A stretch of 35,224 nucleotides of DNA, from the NCBI GenBank assembly GCA_046595235.1, contig JBKJPI010000236.1:1-35224 (forward strand), given 5' to 3'. Of the stretch, positions 18,430 through 27,901 are shown in pieces; within the stretch, counting starts at the first letter, position 1, and the number at the start of each line of letters is the position of its first letter. The position numbers and the translations under genes are program-made. The notes under the pieces are model-generated. The model ran no database searches, was not told the origin of the DNA, and was given only the letters and a program-made list of their open reading frames with translations. This stretch comes from Burkholderiales bacterium (GTDB taxonomy: Bacteria; Pseudomonadota; Gammaproteobacteria; Burkholderiales; SG8-41).

Positions 18430-20445
18430 CTACTTCAGAATGCGGAAAAGATTGTTGTAGTCATCTGTCCATACAGTGAGCCGCGGAATGGGCGCGATCT
18501 CCTGCGTCATTGCGGCTATGTCCTTCCGCTCAAGAAGTGCTGCGTTTCGTGTGACAAGGACCCAATCGGTTTTGGCAAGCTCGCTCTTCTCGGCTTCGTC
18601 GACGACCAGCGCAGTCTTGAGACCGTATTCGTCCGCTATTGCCTTCACCACCGGTGAAAGCCTCAGGAACCGGTTCGTGACGTGAAATGCGATAACACCG
18701 TCGGGTTTCAGGTGTCTTAAGTAAACCGCCATCGCTTCGCGTGTCACGAGGTGAACGGGTATCGAATCGCTCGAGAAGGCGTCGATCGCGATCACGTCGT
18801 AGTTCTGCGCGGCTTCACGTTCCATGGTGAGTCGGGCGTCGCCGAGCACCGTTTCGACGCGCGCCGCGCTTTTCCCCAGAAAGCTGAACTGGCTGCGAGC
18901 GACATCGACCACGGCAGGGTTGATTTCATAAAAGCGAAAGACATCGCCTGGCTTTCCATAAGCTGCCAGCGTGCCCGTGCCCAGTCCAACAACCGCCACG
19001 CGCTTGGCCTGCGCGCCGAGTGCATTGAGCGTAAGGCCGATACCCGAGGTTCCCCCGTAGTACGTAGTCGGCTCGAGCCTGCGTTTTTCGTCGAGGTACT
19101 GCTCTCCGTGCATGATGACGCCGTGCATGAGCCGGCGCACCGCTTCTTCACCCGTGCCCGTATCGCGCACCCTCAGCGTCCCATAAAAGTTTCGCGACAT
19201 GACCAACGCGTTGTTTTCCGCGAGCGACTCCATGTAGTGGTAGACGTGATAGCTCGAGAAACCGAGTGCACCGACGACCAGCAGCGGCACGAACAAGGGC
19301 ATGCGCCTGACTACGTAGAGCGCGAGGGCGAGCGTCACTATGAGCCCTACACCAAACTCATAATAGGTCGTGAACACGCGCGGCGCGACGAATCCCACCA
19401 GCACGCCGCCTACAGCGCCGCCTAGCGATACCATCAGGTAGAAGCTCGTGAGGTAACGCGGAGTCGGCTTCATGTTGGCGAGCTCGCCGTGGAAGAACAT
19501 GCAGCAGACGAAGAGGCCCGCCGAAAACAGCGCGACTGATTCCTTGATATCGTGAATGCTGCGGTCCGCGTGGAGCGACCAAGCCATTGCGCCGATTGCA
19601 ACAAGGAGCGGGCCGAGAAAGACAGGCCGCCGATACCAGCCGCGGCCTTCGAAGCAGACGATGAAGGTAATCAGATAGATCGTCAGCGGAAGAATCCATA
19701 GAAACGGTACGGACGCCACGTCATGCGTGATGTGATTCGTGACCGCGAGCAGCATGAATGAGCCCATCGCGGAGAATGCGAGCCACAGCGCAAAGTCTCC
19801 GACCGTGGGTTTGACTCCGTCATAGACGGCCTCGGTTGCCGGCGTGTGGGCAGGTGCCGCCGGTTGCGCCCGTACGCTGTAAATTGCGCACGCAATGCAA
19901 AGCGCTACGAAGAGGGCATAACCTCCGCTCCACCCATATGACTGAATGACGGCGCTCACCCACGGCTCGAGCACGAAGGGATAGCAGACAAGCGCGAGCA
20001 GCGACGCAAGATTGGAGAGTGCGAACAGGCGGTATACGGTGCCGGCAGGGAAGCTTCGCGCGAACCATGCCTGCACTAGCGGGCCGGTGGTCGACAGAAG
20101 AAAGTACGGGAGCCCGATCGTCGCGCCGAGGAGACCGAGGATTCGAAGCGTCGGGTCTTCATCTCCGACAGGTTTCCACGCGGCGTCAGCGAGTATCGGC
20201 AGTGAGAATAGACTCGCGACCAGTAGGGCGATGTGCAATGCGCCCTGATGACGCGGCTTCATGTGGCGCGTCGTCCAGTCGGAATACGCATATCCGAAGA
20301 GGAGGAGGAACTGGAAGAACACGAGGCAGGTCGTCCACACCGCCGCGGAGCCGCCGAACCATGGGAGGATCTGCTTCGCCATGATCGGCTGAACCAGAAA
20401 AAGCAGGAACGCGCTCGTGAAAATCGTTAGCGCGTAGAGGATCAT
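18430..20445 (-). CDS. Fused polytopic membrane domain / spermidine-synthase-like (class I SAM-MTase fold) protein
   Basis: About 12 N-terminal TM helices, then VAVVGLGTGTLAAY...VIAIDAFSSDSIPVHL, typical of the SpeE-like domain. Confidence 0.85.
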   Translation of the reverse strand: MILYALTIFTSAFLLFLVQPIMAKQILPWFGGSAAVWTTCLVFFQFLLLFGYAYSDWTTRHMKPRHQGALHIALLVASLFSLPILADAAWKPVGDEDPTLRILGLLGATIGLPYFLLSTTGPLVQAWFARSFPAGTVYRLFALSNLASLLALVCYPFVLEPWVSAVIQSYGWSGGYALFVALCIACAIYSVRAQPAAPAHTPATEAVYDGVKPTVGDFALWLAFSAMGSFMLLAVTNHITHDVASVPFLWILPLTIYLITFIVCFEGRGWYRRPVFLGPLLVAIGAMAWSLHADRSIHDIKESVALFSAGLFVCCMFFHGELANMKPTPRYLTSFYLMVSLGGAVGGVLVGFVAPRVFTTYYEFGVGLIVTLALALYVVRRMPLFVPLLVVGALGFSSYHVYHYMESLAENNALVMSRNFYGTLRVRDTGTGEEAVRRLMHGVIMHGEQYLDEKRRLEPTTYYGGTSGIGLTLNALGAQAKRVAVVGLGTGTLAAYGKPGDVFRFYEINPAVVDVARSQFSFLGKSAARVETVLGDARLTMEREAAQNYDVIAIDAFSSDSIPVHLVTREAMAVYLRHLKPDGVIAFHVTNRFLRLSPVVKAIADEYGLKTALVVDEAEKSELAKTDWVLVTRNAALLERKDIAAMTQEIAPIPRLTVWTDDYNNLFRILK

Positions 20446-20692
20446 GAATTCATCGCAGAGGTTGTTTTCGAGGACGGCGCATTATACAGACGGCCTTGGT
20501 GCGTCCGCCCGCGCCAATGCGGTCAAAAGCGGGTGCGTGCGACGCGCCCCCGCTTTGAAGCTTCAAGTGCGCCTGAGAAGCTGAGCGACCGTGGTCGCGT
20601 CCGAGAGCTTGTCCAGACCGAGCAATGCATCGCGCAGCGCTTCAACCTGGGGCCGCAACCGCCTTCGAGGAGGTGTGCGAAAAGCTGATGCG

Positions 20693-22087
20693 CTACGCTT
20701 TTATCGTGCTTGCTTCGCGCCGTTGTGCACCAGCCTCTGTCATTGCGTTATTCACCACGCGCACGTCGGCGATGTTCTCGAGATTCCGGATCGAGCTTAA
20801 GACAGCCATCGTTGCTGCTGCGGGAATGGCGCGGTTTGCGCAGTTCTCAAATTTATCCTGCAGTCTTTCCTGCGGCAGTGGGTTCGCCGAAGTCCGGCCT
20901 GCCGCCTGATCGACTTTTGAACCCAGTACGGTGCCGCCACGCAAGGTGACCTTCACCTCGGCGCCGAAATGATTGTCCTCCGGGAATTGCTCGGTCGAGT
21001 ACGGCGCCGCTTGCACGAGCGCCATCACACGCTGCACGTCCTCGTCGCGGTAGGCGTTCCCTTCGAAGTGCTCGATCGCAACCTTGCGGTCGATGACCGC
21101 TCGCGCGAGGCAGTACTGGACGCTGAATTTAGCGTCCTTCGTGCTCTGCGGATCGGGTCTGTTGGTGTGCTCGAGGCGGCGCTTGTGTGTCCAGCTTTGA
21201 ATGCGCTCGACTGCATCTGGCTTGAGATCGTTCGAACGCACGAGATCCAGCATGGCATCGATCGCGGGATGCGTGCTGCCGCAGCAGGGATACTGCTTGA
21301 TAGCGATGCCCGGCTTGACAATATCGAACGGCTGCCCCCATGCGGGCAGAATCTTTCCCGCGTCGTAATTGCCGGCGCCGTTATACACCTCGAAGTAACC
21401 TTGCTTGTGCTCAAACGCGACGGGGCTTGCCGTGTAGTCGTTACGAGCGAGCAGTGCGGCGAAAAGACCGTTACGCGCGCAGTGTCCGATGTGAAGCGGT
21501 TTCACGTAAGTACCGAAGTTCGATTTGATTCCGGACGCTAACGAAGCGGCGATTGCCAGCGCCGTTGCCGTGCGCTCGTCGTCGAGTCGAAGCAACCGCG
21601 CGCACGCCGCGGCCGCGCCGAATACACCGATCGTGGTGCTCGGGTGCCAGCCGCGGGTGTACTGATAGAGGTTCACGCCCAGCGAAATCTTGCACTCCGT
21701 TTCGAACCCAGCGACATACGCTGTGATGAAATCACGTCCGCTTGCGCCGATCTCATCGGCGAGGGCGAAGAGTGCGGGAAGGATCGGGGCGGATGGATGC
21801 CCGCCGAGCGTGTTGTTGCAGTCATCGAAATCGAGCGCATGCGAGGCGGTGCCGTTTATGAGCGCAGCATCGAGCGCACTCGTGCGTTTGCCGCTTCCCA
21901 GGACGAGACTCGGGCCGGCTGACGAGAGCACATCGGCCAGGAGGGTTGCCGAGGGATCAGAGCTTCCCGCAAGCGTCACGCCGACGGTATCGAGTATGCC
22001 CACCTTGGCCCAGTGAATGGCTTCCGGCGGGAGGTCCTCGTAGTGGAGCGCCGTAACCCGCTTGGCAAGCTCTAGTGCGAATCCCAT
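20693..22087 (-). CDS. MmgE/PrpD-family protein (2-methylcitrate dehydratase-like)
   Basis: MGFALELAKRV..LHYEDLP.., ASHALDFDD and GWHP motifs. ATG 22087 has a GGAG RBS. The upstream 92 codons of the ORF overlap the Bug gene and are rejected. Confidence 0.9.
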   Translation of the reverse strand: MGFALELAKRVTALHYEDLPPEAIHWAKVGILDTVGVTLAGSSDPSATLLADVLSSAGPSLVLGSGKRTSALDAALINGTASHALDFDDCNNTLGGHPSAPILPALFALADEIGASGRDFITAYVAGFETECKISLGVNLYQYTRGWHPSTTIGVFGAAAACARLLRLDDERTATALAIAASLASGIKSNFGTYVKPLHIGHCARNGLFAALLARNDYTASPVAFEHKQGYFEVYNGAGNYDAGKILPAWGQPFDIVKPGIAIKQYPCCGSTHPAIDAMLDLVRSNDLKPDAVERIQSWTHKRRLEHTNRPDPQSTKDAKFSVQYCLARAVIDRKVAIEHFEGNAYRDEDVQRVMALVQAAPYSTEQFPEDNHFGAEVKVTLRGGTVLGSKVDQAAGRTSANPLPQERLQDKFENCANRAIPAAATMAVLSSIRNLENIADVRVVNNAMTEAGAQRREASTIKA

Positions 22088-22140
22088 GGTGTGCGACTCC
22101 TTAAAACCTTGGCTTGATGTTGACTCAGGCGGGTGTCCGC

Positions 22141-23136
22141 CTAGTCCATGCGGATGTTCATCTGCCGGGTGAGCTTCGCCCACTTCGAGACTTCGGCGCG
22201 AATGTGTTCTTCGAACTGCTGCGGCGTGCTGCCCACAGGCTCTGACCCGTCGGCTGCGAGCCGGGTCGCGAGCTCCGGCAGGCGCAGAATCTCCACGATT
22301 TCCTTGTTGAGCCGCGAGATGATGGATGAGGGCGTCTTTAGTGGTGCGATGACCCCGTACCATCCTGCAACTTCGTAGCCCTTGACGCCAGCTTCCTGCA
22401 TCGTCGGAAGATCAGGCGCGGCACGCGAACGCTTCGCCGTGGTGACGGCGAGCGGGCGCAGCTTTCCGGCCTTGATGTGAGGCTGCGACTGCAGAATTGT
22501 GGAGTAGAGCATCTGTATCTGGCCCGCAATGACGTCGATCATCGCGGGGTTGCCGCCTTTGTAGGGCACATGCACGATATCGAGTTGCGCAACGTAACTG
22601 AAGAGTGCACCCGAGAGGTGGCTGAGACCGCCCGTGCCGGACGAGCCGTAATTCAGTTGACCAGGTTTGGCCTTTGCCAGTGCAATCAGGTCTTTCACTG
22701 ATTTTGCCTGCACCGAAGGATGCACGACCAGCGCATAAGGCTGTGTGGTCGCCTGCGTGATGGGCATCAGATCGCGCGTGAGGTCGTAAGGCAGACCTTT
22801 GATGAGCGATGCGTTCACCGAGTGGCTCGATGAAATCATGCTGAGCGTATATCCATCCGGCAGGGCTTTAGTGAGGATGTCCACGGCGATGGTGCCGTTC
22901 GCACCTGGCCGGTTGTCGGCGACGAACTGTTGTCCGAGACGCTCCGTCAGGCCCTGCGCGATCGAGCGCGCGGTGATGTCAGTACCCCCGCCGGGCGCGA
23001 AAGGAACGAGGAGGCGCACAGGCTTCGTTGGATAAGGCGCGGTGGTGCTGCTTTGCGCCGCGTGCGCGGTACCGCACGCGAGTGCGATCGTGACTGCAGC
23101 CGTGTCAATGATGAATTTGCGGCGAATGGCCCGCAT
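22141..23136 (-). CDS. Bug-family (TctC-like) tripartite tricarboxylate transporter substrate-binding protein
   Basis: Signal peptide, then YPTKPVRLLVPFAPGGGTD..ARS and VPYKGG motifs characteristic of Bug/TctC. Confidence 0.9.
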   Translation of the reverse strand: MRAIRRKFIIDTAAVTIALACGTAHAAQSSTTAPYPTKPVRLLVPFAPGGGTDITARSIAQGLTERLGQQFVADNRPGANGTIAVDILTKALPDGYTLSMISSSHSVNASLIKGLPYDLTRDLMPITQATTQPYALVVHPSVQAKSVKDLIALAKAKPGQLNYGSSGTGGLSHLSGALFSYVAQLDIVHVPYKGGNPAMIDVIAGQIQMLYSTILQSQPHIKAGKLRPLAVTTAKRSRAAPDLPTMQEAGVKGYEVAGWYGVIAPLKTPSSIISRLNKEIVEILRLPELATRLAADGSEPVGSTPQQFEEHIRAEVSKWAKLTRQMNIRMD

Positions 23137-23151
23137 GCTGCTGCGCCTTGT

Positions 23152-23246
23152 TGGCGGAAGAGAGTGGGAGTCGAACCCACGCAGGACCGCCTGCGGCCCC
23201 TACCGGGTTTGAAGTCCGGCCGCCCCACCGGGAGCGATTCCCTTCC
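23152..23246 (-). tRNA. selC: tRNA-Sec (anticodon UCA), genomically encoded CCA
   Basis: The minus strand reads GGAAGGGAATCGCTCCCGGTGGGGCGGCCGGACTTCAAACCCGGTAGGGGCCGCAGGCGGTCCTGCGTGGGTTCGACTCCCACTCTCTTCCGCCA. It has an 8-bp acceptor stem, a 6-bp D stem with a 4-nt loop, anticodon loop CUUCAAA, a long variable arm and a 5-bp T stem (GTGGG/CCCAC, loop TTCGACT). This 8/5 architecture is the hallmark of bacterial tRNA-Sec. It is adjacent to selA and selB. Confidence 0.9.
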
Positions 23247-23356
23247 AGGAGGTAACACTATTTATTACGAACAGATCTGCTGCGCACTTCCGATCCTGGC
23301 TTCAGACCGGAAGCATTCTCATTCTAATCGCCGCTACGCGATTCGTGGCGCAGATT

Positions 23357-24271
23357 TCATTTTTTGAGCCGGGCAACGACGGCGGCAGCTGCTGCACGGG
23401 CTTCGTTCATCGCCTCGGTCAGCGTTCCACCGTACCCGCTGCGCACTGCGCCGATGGCTGAAACATTGGGCATGGCTGTTTGGAACGAATCATCGGTTCG
23501 GACGAACCCGGCAGCGTCACGATCGATGGTGGATGGCAGGAATGCCGTGTTTGGTTCCAGCCCGATGTAGGCGAAGACCCCTGCGCAGGGAAGCTCTTCG
23601 GTACGGCCGTCTGCGTGGCGCACGCGCGCTTTCTCGACCATTTTGGAGCCGAGGATCGATTCGAGGGTTGCATTAAGCACGAGGGATATCTTGTCGTTTA
23701 CCCTGACCCGTTCCACCCAGTGATCTACAGCGCGGAACGTTTCGCTGCGATGCACGAGATGCACGCCGCTGCAGTATTGAGCGAGCACGAGGGCTTCCTG
23801 GAAAGCCGAGTCGCCACCGCCGATGACAATCACTTCTTCGTTCTGGAACATGGGGCCGTCGCAATCCGCGCATTGCGATACGCCGCGACCTTCGAACTCG
23901 GATTCCCCAGGGATGCCAAGCTTTCTCAGGCTGCCGCCGGAGGCGACCACGATATGCCGCGCGCTATAAGCCGCTGAAGCCGCGACTGCCTCGACGAGCA
24001 GGCCGCTTTGACGCACCGCTGTTACCGGTTCCTGAATACTCTCGACGCCGTGTTCGGCATTAGCCTGCATCATTTCAGCTGCGAGCTCCGCACCGGACGC
24101 TGGCAAACCCGCCGGCGCAGGTTCGAGCTCGTTCACGTTGATAACGAGCCCGCCGAAAAGTTGCGCCTCCATCGTGGTGACCTTGAGCCCGGCCTGCGCC
24201 AGCGCGCCCGCAGCAGTGAGACCGCTCACCCCTTCGCCAATCACGATTACGTCGTACGTCGGTTGCGACAC
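23357..24271 (-). CDS. Thioredoxin-reductase-like NAD(P)/FAD-dependent oxidoreductase (redox-active CADC)
   Basis: FAD GxGxxG (VIGEGVSG), redox motif SQCADCDG (versus CATCDG in TrxB), NAD(P)H site VIGGGDSAFQEA and HRSETFRA. GTG start 12 nt after the selB stop, with GGGGAA as RBS. Confidence 0.85.
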   Translation of the reverse strand: MSQPTYDVIVIGEGVSGLTAAGALAQAGLKVTTMEAQLFGGLVINVNELEPAPAGLPASGAELAAEMMQANAEHGVESIQEPVTAVRQSGLLVEAVAASAAYSARHIVVASGGSLRKLGIPGESEFEGRGVSQCADCDGPMFQNEEVIVIGGGDSAFQEALVLAQYCSGVHLVHRSETFRAVDHWVERVRVNDKISLVLNATLESILGSKMVEKARVRHADGRTEELPCAGVFAYIGLEPNTAFLPSTIDRDAAGFVRTDDSFQTAMPNVSAIGAVRSGYGGTLTEAMNEARAAAAAVVARLKK

Positions 24272-24283
24272 GTCCGTGTTCCC

Positions 24284-26290
24284 CTATCTTCTGTAGTTGT
24301 GCACCGGCCGACGCTGTGTGGCGGGTTTAGGCGCCGGCTGCGGCGCCGCTGCTCTCGGCGGCGGGGGCGGTGCAGTTGCGGGCCCGAGGATGGGAACGAA
24401 GTCTTTGCGCATCTTCCGTGCATCGCCGACGCGTTGTGTAATACCGAGGCCATCAAGAAATTCGAGAATTTCGATGGCCAGGCTGCGGCCGACGCCTGTC
24501 GCGTCACGATATTGCGCTGCTGTGAACTGGCCATTCACCTGCGCCTGGGCCGTGGCCTGTGCGATCGCAGCAAGAATGGCGAGCGTCGTACGCGCGTAAA
24601 AACGGTCAGGCGTGACGCGCATGACTTCGCCGGTCTTGGCTTTTCGATAGAGGAAGTCCTTGAGCACGGCCTCCTTCAACTTCACCTGAAGAGCGAGATC
24701 ACGCACCGGCGGGGGGTTGAAAGCCAGCGCTTCGAGGACAGGCCGTACTGCTTGCCAGAGACGCTCGTCAGCGTCATTCGCAGTCGCGTTGTGACCGGGC
24801 AGACGTGCTGTCGACCCCCCGGTTTCAATTCTGCGAGCATCCGTGAGTCGCCTCAGCACGCTTGCGAATGCATCGCCGCCGAGATCCGAAGCGACAGCGG
24901 CGCGCAGCGTCTCCACCTCTTCTCCCGCCGCTTGCGGTTGACGTCGATGAAAATCAGCGAGCTGTTCGAGAACTGCCGTCTCAATGCCCTGATGGCGAGT
25001 GTGCGTGATCGCAACGCTCGCGTCCTTGCCAAGCTGCACGAGGTTCAGCGCTTCATAGAGTTTTACTGCGGTTCCGCCCTCGAGGTTGTATGCCAGCTCG
25101 AAGTGCTTCAGATCTATTGGACGTCCGGTCGCCTCGAGAGCCGCGAGGGCATCTGCGGGTGAGTCGAGCTCGAGCGCTGCCAGCTCGCCCAGGCGCGCAG
25201 GCGTGCTGCGGCGCGTTGCCGGCGCCAACGGATCGAGAACGAATCCCCCGCCCAGGGTCCGCGTGGCTGATTGATCACGGACGATGAAACGATCGCCGCG
25301 CAGGGCGCCGATGGGCTGATCGAGAACGATCTGAACGACTGCGCTCGCGCCCGGAGCCACTGAGTCGCCCCTGCGCGTCGCGATCCGTCCCGTTACGTCG
25401 CTCGTTGCAAGGTGCAGGTGGATCGGGGTCCAATGCTCGAGCGCCTGCGGTTCGGTGTTTAGAACCTTGATGCGCGCGTCGAAGCGCCGCGTCGGCCGGT
25501 GGATCGCTTCGGCGACCACCCAGTCCCCGCGCCGCATCGACTCGAGCCCGCTGCCCGTGAGATTGAGTGCGCAACGCTCGCCGGCTGCAGCGCGATCAGC
25601 GGGCTTCCCCTGAATTTGAAGCCCTCGCACGCGAACGGGCGTTCCCGCCGGAGAGAGCACGAGCTTGTCGCCGGTCGCAACGGCGCCGTTGAAGACGGTG
25701 CCGGTTACAACGGTACCGCTGCCGGACATGCTGAAGGTGCGGTCTACTGCGTACCGAAAGTGTTGCCCAGTCGAGCGCCGGGCCGCTTGACCAGCCGCTT
25801 CCGAAAAGAGCAACGTCCGCAGTCGATCAATTCCTGCCCCAGTGATCGCAGACACCGGCATGACCGGGGCGCCTGCAAGGCTCGTCCCCTCGAGCAGCGC
25901 TGCGACGCTTCGCTCCACCTCACGCATGCGGATCTCGTCGACGCGATCGATCTTCGTGATCACCGCGGCGGCGCGGGAGACGTGCAGGAGATCGAGAATG
26001 TGCAGATGTTCGATCGTCTGCGGCATTACCCCGTCATCGGCCGCGACGACGAGGAGGGCGAAGTCTATTCCGCAGACGCCGGCCAGCATGTTGCGGATGA
26101 ATCGTTCGTGTCCCGGCACATCCACAAAACCGAGAAGGCCGCCGGCAGGGAGCGGGAGGTATGCGAATCCGAGGTCGATCGAAATGCCGCGGGCTTTCTC
26201 TTCGGGAAGACGGTCTGTATCAACGCCGGTCAGCGTTTTCACGAGGAGCGTCTTGCCGTGATCGATGTGGCCTGCGGTTGCGACGATCAT
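24284..26290 (-). CDS. selB: Selenocysteine-specific translation elongation factor SelB
   Basis: GTPase motifs (ATAGHIDHGKT, DVPGHERF, TKID), EF-Tu-like domains II/III and winged-helix C-terminal domains. Pro/Ala-rich tail. ATGA overlap with selA. Confidence 0.92.
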   Translation of the reverse strand: MIVATAGHIDHGKTLLVKTLTGVDTDRLPEEKARGISIDLGFAYLPLPAGGLLGFVDVPGHERFIRNMLAGVCGIDFALLVVAADDGVMPQTIEHLHILDLLHVSRAAAVITKIDRVDEIRMREVERSVAALLEGTSLAGAPVMPVSAITGAGIDRLRTLLFSEAAGQAARRSTGQHFRYAVDRTFSMSGSGTVVTGTVFNGAVATGDKLVLSPAGTPVRVRGLQIQGKPADRAAAGERCALNLTGSGLESMRRGDWVVAEAIHRPTRRFDARIKVLNTEPQALEHWTPIHLHLATSDVTGRIATRRGDSVAPGASAVVQIVLDQPIGALRGDRFIVRDQSATRTLGGGFVLDPLAPATRRSTPARLGELAALELDSPADALAALEATGRPIDLKHFELAYNLEGGTAVKLYEALNLVQLGKDASVAITHTRHQGIETAVLEQLADFHRRQPQAAGEEVETLRAAVASDLGGDAFASVLRRLTDARRIETGGSTARLPGHNATANDADERLWQAVRPVLEALAFNPPPVRDLALQVKLKEAVLKDFLYRKAKTGEVMRVTPDRFYARTTLAILAAIAQATAQAQVNGQFTAAQYRDATGVGRSLAIEILEFLDGLGITQRVGDARKMRKDFVPILGPATAPPPPPRAAAPQPAPKPATQRRPVHNYRR

Positions 26291-27735
26291 GAGATCAACT
26301 TGAGCTGCGCGAGCTGTCCGACAAAAGCCATTTCGTCGTCTAGACAGCGCAAGTCCAACAAGAAGGCATCAGCCTTGATGCGTCCGATCACCGGAACCGG
26401 CAGCGCGCGAAAAGCCTCGGCGATGCGTCGGGCGGCAGAGCCTTTACTCTTTCCAGTGCCTTCCACCGCGATCGCCGCGCTGGGCAGAGAGTCCACCGGT
26501 AAGGAGCCGCTTCCGATCTGGCTCGCGCACGCCTCCACGCGCGCATGAGCCCTCTCACCCACTGCTGCGGAAACATGACCCAGGAGACGCTGCGCCTGCT
26601 GTTCGATCTCGTCGACCGGCCGCGTGAGAAAGCGCAATGTCGGCAACTCTTGTCTGAGGCGTGCAGGGTTCAGGTACAACTGCAGAACCGCGTCGAGTGC
26701 GGCGAGCGTCATCTTGTCGACCCGCAGCGCACGCTTCATCGGATTTTTTCGAATGCGTGTAACGAGCTCTTTACGGCCAACGATCAGACCCGCCTGTGGC
26801 CCACCGAGAAGCTTGTCTCCGCTGAAGGTCACGATGTCGGCGCCACTTGTGAGCGTCTGCGCAGGGGTGGGCTCGTGCGGAAGGCCGTATTCCTCGAGAT
26901 CTACAAGCATGCCGCTTCCGAGATCCACGATGAGCGGAAGGTGATGCTCGTGAGCAAGTCGGGCGAGATCAGCTTCGGCCACGGCGGCGGTGAAGCCGTG
27001 AATAGCATAATTGCTTGTGTGCACCTTCATGATCGCCGCCGTGCGTGGACCGATGGCTGCTGCGTAATCGTCGAGGTGCGTGCGATTCGTCGTGCCGACT
27101 TCGCGCAGCTTGCAGCCGGCGCGCGCCATGATGTCAGGAATACGGAACGCGCCGCCGATTTCGATCAGCTCTCCGCGCGAAACGACGACCTCCTTGCGCA
27201 CGGCAAGCGTGTTCAGTGCGAGGTAAACGGCGGCCGCGTTGTTATTGACGACGGCTGCTGCCTCGCCACCGGTCAAACGCGTGAGCCAGCGCTCGATGTG
27301 CGAATCGCGCTCTCCGCGTGCAGCGCCTTCGAGATCGAATTCAAGGTTCACAGGCCGCGTCATTGCCTGCATCACCGCTTCTGCCGCGCATTGCGGCATC
27401 AGTGCGCGGCCGAGATTCGTGTGAAGGACGGTACCAGTAAGGTTGTAGACCGATTTGAGTGAAGGCCGCGTGTCGTGTGCGAGCTGTGCCGCGCACATGT
27501 CGAGGAAAACTTCGAGGTCGAACACGTTTGACCCCGTTGCGTCTGCCAATACGCTGCGCCGGGCATCCAGTTGCGCCCGCAGGATCTGAATCACGTGCGG
27601 CCTTCCGTATTGGCCGATCAGTGCGTCAACGCGTGAGTCGTTGAGGAGCTTGTCGATCGAAGGGAGCGCGCGACGCGCGGCAGAGCTGGTGCTCAGCACG
27701 GCGGTGCGGGAAGAGCAGTGAGGACGAATGCGCAT
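26287..27735 (-). CDS. selA: L-seryl-tRNA(Sec) selenium transferase SelA
   Basis: LPSIDKLL.. N-terminus and a PLP-enzyme core with FSGDKLLGGPQAG (PLP lysine), typical of SelA. Confidence 0.92.
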   Translation of the reverse strand: MRIRPHCSSRTAVLSTSSAARRALPSIDKLLNDSRVDALIGQYGRPHVIQILRAQLDARRSVLADATGSNVFDLEVFLDMCAAQLAHDTRPSLKSVYNLTGTVLHTNLGRALMPQCAAEAVMQAMTRPVNLEFDLEGAARGERDSHIERWLTRLTGGEAAAVVNNNAAAVYLALNTLAVRKEVVVSRGELIEIGGAFRIPDIMARAGCKLREVGTTNRTHLDDYAAAIGPRTAAIMKVHTSNYAIHGFTAAVAEADLARLAHEHHLPLIVDLGSGMLVDLEEYGLPHEPTPAQTLTSGADIVTFSGDKLLGGPQAGLIVGRKELVTRIRKNPMKRALRVDKMTLAALDAVLQLYLNPARLRQELPTLRFLTRPVDEIEQQAQRLLGHVSAAVGERAHARVEACASQIGSGSLPVDSLPSAAIAVEGTGKSKGSAARRIAEAFRALPVPVIGRIKADAFLLDLRCLDDEMAFVGQLAQLKLIS

Positions 27736-27860
27736 GCCGAGAAGGCGCGCGATTGAACCGGCATAAACGGATTCGCAAGGCCGAGCGTAAGGCCGGCTAG
27801 TTTAGCCTAAACTGTCTGCGCGACGCATCGCGCTTGCCATCGCCCCACGGCGAACGCGAC

Positions 27861-27890
27861 AAAAAAGCCGCGCGTTGCGCGGCCTTTTTT
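27861..27890. terminator. Rho-independent, bidirectional-looking terminator between the selenoprotein gene and selA
   Basis: A6, then GCCGCGC-GTT-GCGCGGC, then C T6. On the minus strand it follows the stop at 27902 by about 12 nt. Confidence 0.65.
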
Positions 27891-27901
27891 ACGAGCTCGG
27901 G

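Noticed and set aside
22088-22363. 92-codon N-terminal extension of the PrpD-family ORF
   Set aside because: It overlaps the 3' end of the Bug gene. The internal ATG 22087 has a GGAG RBS and gives the canonical PrpD N-terminus.
23100-23360. tRNA-Sec as an integration site for a genomic island
   Set aside because: There is no integrase and no duplicated tRNA 3' fragment visible by eye in the window, and no mobility genes nearby.
24008-27462. Three long plus-strand ORFs (384, 349 and 305 aa)
   Set aside because: They are antisense shadows of the TrxR-like gene, selB and selA. They are Arg-rich, Cys-rich and low-complexity, while the minus-strand frames carry unmistakable GTPase and PLP-enzyme motifs.
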